From the NCBI GenBank assembly GCA_977018835.1, contig OZ361261.1:868001-932000 (forward strand): a stretch of DNA of 64,000 nucleotides, in the 5' to 3' direction. The stretch is from Minutocellus sp. GHC0000111. Its lineage: Eukaryota. Within the stretch, counting starts at the first letter, position 1. Each line of letters opens with the position of its first letter. Shown here piece after piece: positions 34,041 through 43,298 of this stretch. Under the pieces are notes generated by a model that saw only the letters and a program-made list of their open reading frames with translations, was not told where the DNA came from and did no database searches. Made by a program: the position numbers and the translations under genes.

Positions 34041-35231
34041 CTACGAATCAAACATGACCAAGCCAGTGTTGATATCAGACTTTGGGAAGGGTGATTTATC
34101 GGCCTCTATGTACGCCGGCACTTTGACCGATGCTTCGTCAAGGAGGCGAATTTCCTCGGCAGACAAATTCCAATCGAGTGCCTCCAAATTTTGTCGCGCC
34201 TGCTTGATGGTCCGTGCTCCTGGGATCGGTATGGTTCCCTTGGCCCGACACCAATTAATAGCCACCTGCGATAGTGGAGCGCCATTGTGATTGGCCGAAA
34301 CAACCGCCATGGCTTCCAAAAGACCCGATAGATTGCCAGACTCGAAAAGCTTCTCACCCAACTTCTTTCGTGGTCCACTCAGAAGATTGTCAGCGCTGTA
34401 TTTTCCCGTGAGGAATCCCAATGCCAGCGGACTGTACGACAACACTTTGACATCGAGCTCCTTGCACGTATCAAGCAAGCCATTTTCCATAGGGTAACGA
34501 TAAAGTAGTGAATATTGGATCTGATTCGAGGCCAACTTGATGCCCCTATCAGCAAGAGACTTATGGCAGGCACGCAGGGCATCTTTACCGTAGTTTGAAA
34601 CACCAACGGCTTTGACAAGTCCCTCCTCATAACACATTGCAAGTCCATCCCAATAGTCAGCATTGTTCCATGCATTCGGGAAATGAATTTGGTACAGATC
34701 GATAGGTTCTCCACCCAATCGTTCAACAGATTTGCGGCAAGCATTGACTACATCCTTGGCCTTGGTGCGGAATGGAAGGGCGGCAAACTTGCTCGCAATC
34801 TGCACCTTGTCGGCCTGCTCCTTGGGATACTTCTTACGAAAATCTCCCAGCAACTTTTCCGAGCGCCCAATGCCATACAATTCGGCCGTGTCGAAGAAAG
34901 CCAGGTCTTTCTTGATCGCATAGTCAAATACTTCGGAAAGATCCCCGTCGTTCTTCGGATTGTAGCCCCAAAAGAGACTATCACCCCAGGCCCAAGCGCC
35001 CAGACCGATAGGAGGCAGATCGATGGCGCCCCTTAATGCGTCAGATCCAGGGGCAGCAAGTGCCGGAGAGGAGGGCACAAGGAGGCCACTGCCTGTGGTC
35101 AGGACACCGGCGCCAGTCGCCAGACCCTTGGCCAACACTTCGCGTCGACTGGAAGCTGAGGCATCAAAAGCGGCAGCGGTAGGTGCACAAAGGCACACCG
35201 ACGCCAGGAAGAGGGACAGGAGGCACCTCAT
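34041..35231 (-). CDS. Plastid-targeted aldo/keto reductase (pyridoxal-reductase-like)
   Basis: IGLGAWAWGD, FFDTAELYG, IASKF, IDLYQIHFP, VGVSNYG, NQIQYSLL, YSPLALG, IPIPGA. AAAF leader. Confidence 0.9.
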   Translation of the reverse strand: MRCLLSLFLASVCLCAPTAAAFDASASSRREVLAKGLATGAGVLTTGSGLLVPSSPALAAPGSDALRGAIDLPPIGLGAWAWGDSLFWGYNPKNDGDLSEVFDYAIKKDLAFFDTAELYGIGRSEKLLGDFRKKYPKEQADKVQIASKFAALPFRTKAKDVVNACRKSVERLGGEPIDLYQIHFPNAWNNADYWDGLAMCYEEGLVKAVGVSNYGKDALRACHKSLADRGIKLASNQIQYSLLYRYPMENGLLDTCKELDVKVLSYSPLALGFLTGKYSADNLLSGPRKKLGEKLFESGNLSGLLEAMAVVSANHNGAPLSQVAINWCRAKGTIPIPGARTIKQARQNLEALDWNLSAEEIRLLDEASVKVPAYIEADKSPFPKSDINTGLVMFDS

Positions 35232-35397
35232 TGTAGCGAAGGCAGTAAATTGGAAAATGACGTGTTCAGTGATAGAGCCATGCGATGCCGGCGCGAATCG
35301 AATCATCGAATGCTAGCGAAGCTTGCTCGGCCGCTTGACTGCACTTCAGGTGGACGAGACGACTACGACGACTACTAAAGCAGCAGCGGTGCATGCA

Positions 35398-36753
35398 ATG
35401 GCCGGAACTCGCCTGGCGGTCCATGCCACATTCCTGTTGGAGATCTTCCTCCTCACTGTTTTCTCATTGTACTACGCCACCCTCCCCCCGACTGACCTTG
35501 AGGTGGGCTCCACCATCCGGACCGATACCGAACCGTTCCTCGTTGATCGGTCATGCCTGGGCCTTATTTCCACAAACATCAAAGATGGATTAGATGCTTT
35601 GGAGGGTTTGGGTCGTAGCTTGTTTTCAGCGTCATCGCTGGGTACTGCTAATGTCGATGCACTGCTCACAGCTAAACCGATGTGCACCGTCATGGTTTCG
35701 GCCTTGGACGAAGATCCAGGAACTTACCAAACGCCGAGGCACCACCACGAAATGGTCGGAAGGGCCCTCGATGGTGTAGTGAGCAAAGTAATACAACCAC
35801 TCTTGGACCAGCTCTCCGATATCACACAATTCACAATAAAAACTCAAACGTTGGTGTACGGCCAACTGTCATCGAATGCCAAAAAGACGAACAGCAGCAA
35901 ACGATATGTCATTAGCTCCAAGGATGTCAGATCATTCTGGTCGGAGCATGGCAGCACAATATCATCTTCAAGGAGGCTGTCTCCGAGAGATGAGAGCAGT
36001 GACACCTGCTATCTGGATTTGATAGTGTATGTACCAAATAAGGGTATCATTCCATTGTCAATTGCAGACAAAGGTCCCGATGGAGCATCGGAGGCCTTCA
36101 TTTTACCGGGAAATAGGGGAGCAGTCGCAATCGCAAATTTAGATTTACAGAGCATTTATGATGATGATGATGAAAGTGCCGTAATATCCCAAGAGGAAGT
36201 CTATGCCAAGGCAATACTGAAATCGACAGCATATCTAATAGAATACTTGCGCAATGTAACAGGATTGTCGATGGTTGGGGCCAAAACAGACATATTGATG
36301 CGGGAAATACTTCGAATAAAGTTTGAAGCTGCACTGGCTGAAATGAGGGCAGTGTCGACGGTCATTGAGGGTGCTTCTAGGATGAAAGTGAGTGCTGAAA
36401 ATGGAGAGAAAGTCTCATCGTGCCTCGAAAATCTCCAAAACGCAATCGATGCTGCCAAGTCGGGTGACGATTTAACAGCACTTAGCGCAGTGAACACAGC
36501 GCTAAGGATGACACAAAGGCTTGCCACGGACGGAGATATGATGGAACAGATGTACTTTCCACAAGATCACTATCTTGCCGTCTTTACCCCGTTAATTTTG
36601 CCGCTAATGTTGCCGCTATTGCTCGGACTTGTTCGTGAGATCAAACGTTATAAAAAGCTGAGCAAGGGCGAGCGATATGGTGATGACGACGAGGATGACG
36701 ACGAAAAAACGCAAGAACCTACGGTAGACGATGGTGATAAGAAGACCAAATAA
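35398..36753 (+). CDS. PIGS: GPI transamidase subunit PIG-S-like protein
   Basis: N-terminal TM; LIVYVP..PLSI, EAFILPGNRGAVAI; C-terminal MMEQMYFPQDHYLAVFTPLILPLMLPLL. Confidence 0.8.
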   Translation: MAGTRLAVHATFLLEIFLLTVFSLYYATLPPTDLEVGSTIRTDTEPFLVDRSCLGLISTNIKDGLDALEGLGRSLFSASSLGTANVDALLTAKPMCTVMVSALDEDPGTYQTPRHHHEMVGRALDGVVSKVIQPLLDQLSDITQFTIKTQTLVYGQLSSNAKKTNSSKRYVISSKDVRSFWSEHGSTISSSRRLSPRDESSDTCYLDLIVYVPNKGIIPLSIADKGPDGASEAFILPGNRGAVAIANLDLQSIYDDDDESAVISQEEVYAKAILKSTAYLIEYLRNVTGLSMVGAKTDILMREILRIKFEAALAEMRAVSTVIEGASRMKVSAENGEKVSSCLENLQNAIDAAKSGDDLTALSAVNTALRMTQRLATDGDMMEQMYFPQDHYLAVFTPLILPLMLPLLLGLVREIKRYKKLSKGERYGDDDEDDDEKTQEPTVDDGDKKTK

Positions 36754-36790
36754 ATTGGAACATGTGCCAAATATACTTAATTGTAATCTA

Positions 36791-37813
36791 TTATAATCTA
36801 GGGATTCGTACTCGTGCATAAAATATCTGTCTAAGCTCTAAGAAGTCTGGCGCACACGCTGCACAGTAGTCTCTGATTGATTCATGCATGGTGAATGAAT
36901 CGTCATGGTTGTGCGAAGGACCTAACAATTTCATTGTGTACTCATATCCGGCAAATATTGCTGCATGAGCCGGAGCTGCACGAGCAGCGGTGACGCCCCA
37001 ACCTCGGTACAAACCCCTGACACCTTCCTTGGCATAAATGGATTGGAATGTTTCTATAAACCCCTTTCCACCATGATTTGGGTTCGTCTATATGAATGAT
37101 TTAACTGTATCGGCAGGATAAAAGGCGGTCCAGTATGCAACTCCTGCGCTCGCACCGCCAAGAAGATGTGCAGACGGGCCGAGATCTGCCTTTGTCCCAC
37201 CCTCTGGTATCATCAATTTGCAAACACCTTCGTACACGCCATACCAGCAGAAATTTCCTGGCACTTCCCTCAACAGTGTTGACAAGTTTCCACGATATAA
37301 TCCATTCCAAACACCTTCTGTCTTGAGAGTTTGAACCACCACATCTATCGGCCCTTTGTATTGTCGAAAACCAGCTGCCTTACTCGCATTTTGCACTTGA
37401 AGTCTGCACTTGACAAGCTCCACCGGGGTCAAAACGAACGGAACTACGCAACCTGCACCCGCTCCGGCAAGAGAAAGTTGGAACAGCGACAGCTCTGGTC
37501 CGCCAGGAACCTCTCCGAGCGCAGCTTTGCAGTTATTGTAGGCAAAGAAGAGCAATCCATTCTCGGCAATACTCCCAAGGAGCGGCGACGAGATCCCATT
37601 GTACAGCCCACGCACACCTTTGGTGTTCATTGTATGGGTGAGGCAGTGCCATGCACCGCGATAAACGATCGCACCCTCAGCCGCTGATGCAGAGCTCTTG
37701 CCGACGTGTTGCGTCTGAAGGAGTACCTTGACCGTGTCAAGTGGATAGTCAAGGAGCTTCCCCAAAAAGCCTCCGCAGCAACCCGCAGTAAAATCCTTGA
37801 GAGATTCCGCCAT
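36791..37813 (-). pseudogene. Mitochondrial carrier (ornithine/basic amino-acid type) with an in-frame TAG at 37090-37088
   Basis: Three carrier signatures (YPLDTVKVLLQ, TPVELVKCRLQ, YPADTVKSFI*T), STLLREVPG and RAAPAHAAIF. The reading frame continues unchanged after the stop. Confidence 0.8.
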
Positions 37814-38004
37814 TGATCTCAAACTTTTGATGGCCTCGGAGCGGAGGAGAATGAGAACCAAAAGAAATCAAAATGAGTCTGGTTGCACGTCTGATCTAAA
37901 CTCTTGATGGCCTCGGAGGAGAGCGAATAATGAAAAAGAATCAAAATGAGTCTGGTTGCAGCAGGCGAATGCAATGAGAACCGAAAGAATGAATGAATCA
38001 AAAT
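37814..38004. repeat. Imperfect tandem duplication (~70-75 bp unit, two copies plus a partial third)
   Basis: tgatct.aaact.ttgatggcctcggag...aatcaaaatgagtctggttgca occurs twice; atgagaacc..aatcaaaatg occurs again. Confidence 0.8.
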
Positions 38005-38725
38005 GCACAGCCCCATCCGTCTTGTTTCGCCGGTCGGATGAAGCGTTTTTCGGCAGAAGACGAACACGTCACGAAGAAACCCACCAAAACCCAATCTCGT
38101 TCGTCACCCATTCTTTGACCGTCCAACACCATGGTGGTCCGTCGGCGTTGCGCCGGCGTATAACTATATTTTCGTACCAAATACGCATTCATTATCATGT
38201 TTGGATATAGTTGAAGCTTACTGTATCCTCAGATTGGCCTCCGCTGCGTATCAACGCCACGAACCATCGGCCTACTTTTCCTCCATCTGTCGGCCGTTCG
38301 TTTCTCTGCTGGGGTGGCACCATTGCTCCGTCTTTGTGCTCGTCGTGCTCCCGTTGTGATGCCCCAGACCCTCTGGTACTTTCCCACGTTGTTGTTGATG
38401 ATAAACTGCCGGGATTGCGCCGCACCCCCCGTATGACCGACTCTCGCTGATCCCGACCGATCGCATCCCCACTCGACCTCCCGGAATTCCGACAATAATT
38501 TTGCGCCCGAGGAGAGACAGATGGTGTTGGGATAAGTTTATGCAACAATCAACCCGACAAAGGGACTTTTTGGTCTGGGAGATAAATGGGTGAGTTAAGA
38601 AGGACGTGATGTGTTTGTTTGGGTGTACTATTTACTTTTTTGCTCAATCGCGACACTGTTTGTAAAGTTGGATCATGCAATTCATTTGTTGTTGTGCAGC
38701 AGCAGTGCAATTTCATTTTCTAATT

Positions 38726-40354
38726 TTACACATGCCCTGCTCCCATCTCTACATCCTCATCTCCATCGGTGGCCATCATGATCATTTGTTGGCGCTTGTC
38801 ATCAGTTTCTGCTTTAACAGCTTCGGTCCTTGTCCTTTTCCTTGTTCTTGCCACCCGAGAGTTTCGCTCCCGCCTCTCCTCGACCTTTGGATTGGATGCC
38901 CTCTCCTCAGCCTTGAACTGCGCCGTCTGTTGGGCCTCATGTCCCTTGACGCCCTGAGTCCGACGATCTTCCTTAACGCCCTCTTGGTGGGCTCGCTCTA
39001 CAAACGATTCGTCGAGCCAATAGATGCCGCCCCATCCATTCTTCACTAGCCAAAAATGTGTTGGTCCAAGATGTGATCTTCGAGCAAGTGCCACTTGGGC
39101 GTCATGCTAATGCCGATTGCCCGTGCTTGCTTGAGGGCACTTGCAATCAATGCTTCAAGCTCTCTCACAGCCTTCTTTGCCTCATCATCCCATTTCATGT
39201 GCCATTTCAGAAACCTGGAATGTGTTGCGTCAAGAGTGTGGAGCAAATTAGAGCAAGCTTTGCAGAGCTCTTTGATGTCGTCGTCCGTCATGCCATCTTC
39301 CTCGCGATTGTGCTCTAGGAGAGCTCCTTTGGTGGAGGTGTCATGGTGGATGAACTCTGTTGTCCTTGGTTTCTTCTTGTTGTTGCCATCAGAAATATTA
39401 ACAGATGAAGCTCTCCAGCATTCTGCCAGCACTGCCCTTATTTTACCTGAGTCGGCCGCCTCAATGCCGGCCTTTTTCAGGAAATGGAAGTGAGGGGCAT
39501 CGTCATCCTCGGCATCATCGACAGCTCCCATCTCTGGCTCGCCATCACCGTGCTTCTGACGATTCTTCTCAAAGTGCTGCTGCATGTGTGCTTCATGTGT
39601 AGCGTCCTCTCTTGCAACATCAGCTTCGTCCTCATAACAGGGCACATGGTCCTCGTCTTCGTCGTCATCGTCCTCACTGATCTCGCCGGCCTCCGTCGTG
39701 GTCAGGGTGCCCACCGTCCCAACATCGTCGTCATTGTCCCACCCATCGTCCTGGCCATTGTGCCCACCAGGGAACTTCTGGGCCTCGAGCAACATCTGCC
39801 TGTTGATTTCGTAGTCCATCGCCGCACATCCCACCGATGTGTGTGGTGCGACCGACTTGAGGAATGCATCACATGCCTTCGTCAAATTGAGCCGCGGCGG
39901 CGGTGTTTCGAGGCGAAATTGTTGCTCGACCGTGACCATGTCGAAAGCCATCCATCCATCATCATGGTGAGCGTCGGCTGCACGAGGATTGACAGAGCCG
40001 AGGCGAACAAACATGCTCTTTTTGCATGGGGTTCGCTGAACGTCGTCGGCAAGGCAGTGTCTTGATGCCATTTCATCCCATCCATTCTGGTTGTCTGTCC
40101 TCACAAAAAACACATCGCAGTCTTCGTGTTTCTTCTTCTTCAAACCCAAGATGCCCGCAGCGCACATGACGGCGCCGTGCATGATGGGACTGCATCCCAA
40201 CACATTCATCAAGGAGTCGTTGTTGTTGCCGATGAAATTGTAGTAATGAAGTTCCTTTCTGCGAAGACGGACGAGCCGTTCAGCCAGGGCGTCCTGCACC
40301 GCAACTGTCTGCGGTGTTGACCGCGGGATTGCGGCCGTTGTTTTTTTTGCTCAT
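38726..40354 (-). mobile_element. Degenerate transposase relic with a Transib/RAG1/Chapaev-like C-terminus
   Basis: MTPKWHLLEDHI...GGIYWLDESFVERAHQ (H-x4-H plus catalytic-Glu helix). Frameshifts near 40300 and 39055. The N-terminal DD core and TIRs were not found. Confidence 0.6.
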
Positions 40355-40867
40355 GGAGAATTGTGGATCGAGACCAACGGGAACATCACCAGGATGTCGG
40401 GAGCACCTGGTTGGTCTCGTGCCGTAATTCTCCCACACCAGCGCGAGATGTCGCCTTCGTTCTGCACGTAGCGGCGGCAATTTGAATTTTTGCCGCCATG
40501 GTGGCTCGCGTTGGGCGCGCCGGTCGGTTGCTTCGCGCGCCGGCCGGCCACCAAAAGTGCGACCAAAAGTATGCGAGTCATCCGGCTGGCAGATGGTGCT
40601 GTGAATGCGATGGTTGCAGCCGGTCTGTCCGGCGCGTCCGTTTGTCTTCATGCTACATGCTACGTAATTTTCTGCAACGTCACAATGATTGTAGGAATCC
40701 TGCCGTGCAACCAACGCCTGCTGTTTGGTGGTCAGCCACAGAGAGAACTCCGGATCATGCCGCTAATCTGCGAAACACATATCAAATTGGCAGACTAGAT
40801 AAGTTAGTTCTTTAAAGACATCTAGCTAGAGACCGTGCCGATAGGCGATGGGTGCCGGTGAACCATC

Positions 40868-42790
40868 TTATCTGCCTCTTTGTACCACGCAAACGTTGAT
40901 ATCTCCGACGCTCTTGGATTTATAAGTTGAACAATCAAACATACCTGTAGGATCCAGCAACGCTGCAACTCGTCCATCATTTCGTGGGATACCATCCATG
41001 CCGACGAAGCTTCTGCATTTCGACATCACGGCATTTGATGCGGTTACGGAAGCGCTCGAAGTGGTCGCATCGTCATCATCAGCTTTTCCAAAAAATATTG
41101 CCAGGAACCAGCCACCAGGTTCGATGGCATCAGCCAGTCCAGCCAGCGACTTTGCTAGTGCGTCCGACTTGGTCAACCAAACAAAATTATATCGTCCTTC
41201 TGCGGCCAGGTTTTCAACCATATCCTGTTCAATTCCGCACGCATCATTATCTCCGTCTCCACGCATGGATTCCTGGAGAGAACGGACCAACTTTGTTGCA
41301 TGTTCAAGAACCAAAAGGCCTGTGGACGCAGCATTGCCACTTCCCGCGCTTCCTACAAAAGTTAATGCAGAGCAGCCGGCCACCAAAAGGCCTTCCGCAT
41401 CTCCCTGCGAGATATCCTTCTCTCTTCCTGCACCATACAAACTGGCGTATGACGAGACGGATCTCTCAGCACCAGTTGTCACCGAAGCGGCTGATTTTGC
41501 CGACGATTCTTCAACAACAGACGCCGCATCATGGTCGTCCAGAGCACTCACACTGTCAGTCTCACTCATGTTACCGTTGTCGGCATTGTTGTTCATTTTT
41601 TTCACCTCACCATCGTTGTCCTCCTCATCTAATATAGACATTACTTGTTCACTCAAATGGGGATCAAAGAGATAAGTCTCGGGCTCATCCAGCATGTAAT
41701 CGATATCTCTCACAACTTCTTTTACCGAGGAATATGTGCCGGCAAAAATCGCTCCTTGGCCACTGGAGGCCAGGTTATCCAACAAACGAAATATTGAGCG
41801 AGGCACAAATTCCAGCTGATGGATTCTTTCTCCATCCTCGTCACTATCGTCAGTGACTCCAAAGAGCTGCCCAAGTACCACACCCAAGGCGGCTAGATCG
41901 TCACGAAAGACATCGCTATCAACAACCACAAAACCACCAGTCTCTGGGACTGCCTCGGCGTCACCAAGATCAATGAATTTGACACTGAACAAGAATTTGG
42001 TCTGTTCCTCTACCACCCGCGATCGCCGTCTTCGGGTGCCACCGGCAGATTGGAACGATGACTGACTGGCACCAAGGTCTTGTTGACTGTTTGCGTTTGC
42101 TGGTTGACAGTCCACCATGATATTATCAGCCGAAACCTTGCGATGGACGACTCCACACTCATGCACTTCCGCCAAGGCGACGCATATCTTCCGAGCCAGC
42201 TGTACCCTATCGAGGAGAGGGCAGCGCATGGCCGTGCGTGAGGTGATCCATTGCGAGAGAGATACGCCATTTGCCCATTCGAGGAATATAGCTTGGAACC
42301 CATCCTGCTTGCCTTGCTTAATAGCTCGGCGGACACCACCGCAGTTGGCCAGTTTTGTCATGAGTATGTTGTATTCATTATAAAGTGCCGCCAAGTCGTC
42401 CTCTTCTGGTTCCGGATCGAACAACAATTTGATGGCCACCTTGATCGGGTGTTCCGCATCAGAAGGGCCATATCGTCCTTCCGTGTCGACTGAGCAGTAA
42501 ATCTGCGTCGATGGGGATTCATAGATGCAATCGTCTCCCTGCGCAGAGAGGTTCAAGCTGCTCCCGAGGCCGCTACTATTGCGACTGTCCTGAAGTCGTC
42601 GCGCTGTCGATCCCGCGGCCGCTAATTGGCCCAAGGAAACCTCCCGGCTCAGTCCTATCTCATCATATGCCCCGTCATTATGATTGCCGTTATTCATTTC
42701 GACGTCACTGTACCTCTTGGACTCTCCTCGATATCGATGATGCTGTGGCTGGGAGTAATCGGCAACTGACGTCCAGCTCGGTTTGCTCAT
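40868..42790 (-). CDS. Protein-kinase-like (probable pseudokinase) protein with a C-terminal SAM-methyltransferase-like region
   Basis: IYESPSTQIY, VAIKLL, NEYNIL, FLEWANG, VHECGVVHRKVSADNIMV, FIDLG. C-terminal YNFVWL...LADAIEPGGWFLAIFF. Confidence 0.7.
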   Translation of the reverse strand: MSKPSWTSVADYSQPQHHRYRGESKRYSDVEMNNGNHNDGAYDEIGLSREVSLGQLAAAGSTARRLQDSRNSSGLGSSLNLSAQGDDCIYESPSTQIYCSVDTEGRYGPSDAEHPIKVAIKLLFDPEPEEDDLAALYNEYNILMTKLANCGGVRRAIKQGKQDGFQAIFLEWANGVSLSQWITSRTAMRCPLLDRVQLARKICVALAEVHECGVVHRKVSADNIMVDCQPANANSQQDLGASQSSFQSAGGTRRRRSRVVEEQTKFLFSVKFIDLGDAEAVPETGGFVVVDSDVFRDDLAALGVVLGQLFGVTDDSDEDGERIHQLEFVPRSIFRLLDNLASSGQGAIFAGTYSSVKEVVRDIDYMLDEPETYLFDPHLSEQVMSILDEEDNDGEVKKMNNNADNGNMSETDSVSALDDHDAASVVEESSAKSAASVTTGAERSVSSYASLYGAGREKDISQGDAEGLLVAGCSALTFVGSAGSGNAASTGLLVLEHATKLVRSLQESMRGDGDNDACGIEQDMVENLAAEGRYNFVWLTKSDALAKSLAGLADAIEPGGWFLAIFFGKADDDDATTSSASVTASNAVMSKCRSFVGMDGIPRNDGRVAALLDPTGMFDCSTYKSKSVGDINVCVVQRGR

Positions 42791-42820
42791 TCCTTCTTGA
42801 CTATAATTTATATATAATAC

Positions 42821-42886
42821 GTCGAGCGACGTAGGCGTCTTTCTCAGGATATCGTCGAGCGACGTAGGCGTCTTTCTCAGGATATC
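42821..42886. repeat. Perfect 33-bp direct tandem repeat (2 copies)
   Basis: gtcgagcgacgtaggcgtctttctcaggatatc x2, about 30 bp upstream of the kinase-like ATG. Confidence 0.95.
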
Positions 42887-43298
42887 GGTGACATTGGTCG
42901 GTCTACCTGCCTGACGTTATGTTTTTTGCTTTTCTCCCACGTCACTTTGACTACATTGCCAATTGCAACATCCCAGCACAGAAGGCCCGCGCGCGCGCGC
43001 TGGCGAGTACGGGCGCCCTCACGGTGCGAGCAGAACGGTGAGGCAGCCAAGCAGTCAGATGTCATTGCCGAGCTTGCATGTTTACTTTCTACCGTACCTT
43101 GAGCTACATGCTGCTAGGCTAGACTGCAGTAGAGTCCACTACAATCTCGACTTGCACATAACAAGATATGTATTACATGTAGATCTATTATTAATTTTTT
43201 TGCATGCAAACGAAAAGTTCTCTGACCAAACTTTTTCCTATCGATCGTACCGGTAATCACTCAACCAATCAATAATCATTGCCGCCGGTAGACCTAGT

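Noticed and set aside
10050..37090. TAG->Gln reassignment, suggested by two in-frame TAG codons (10050, 37088)
   Set aside because: TAG ends TPP2 at its expected C-terminus (61106-61108) and also ends NTAQ1 and the FHA/Tudor gene. No other long ORF contains an internal TAG.
40681..40687. CACAATG, an RSS/Transib-like heptamer near the relic
   Set aside because: Wrong orientation for this end of the element and no partner at the other end.
42821..42886. CRISPR-like 33-bp repeat
   Set aside because: Two adjacent copies with no spacer, no cas genes and a eukaryotic context.
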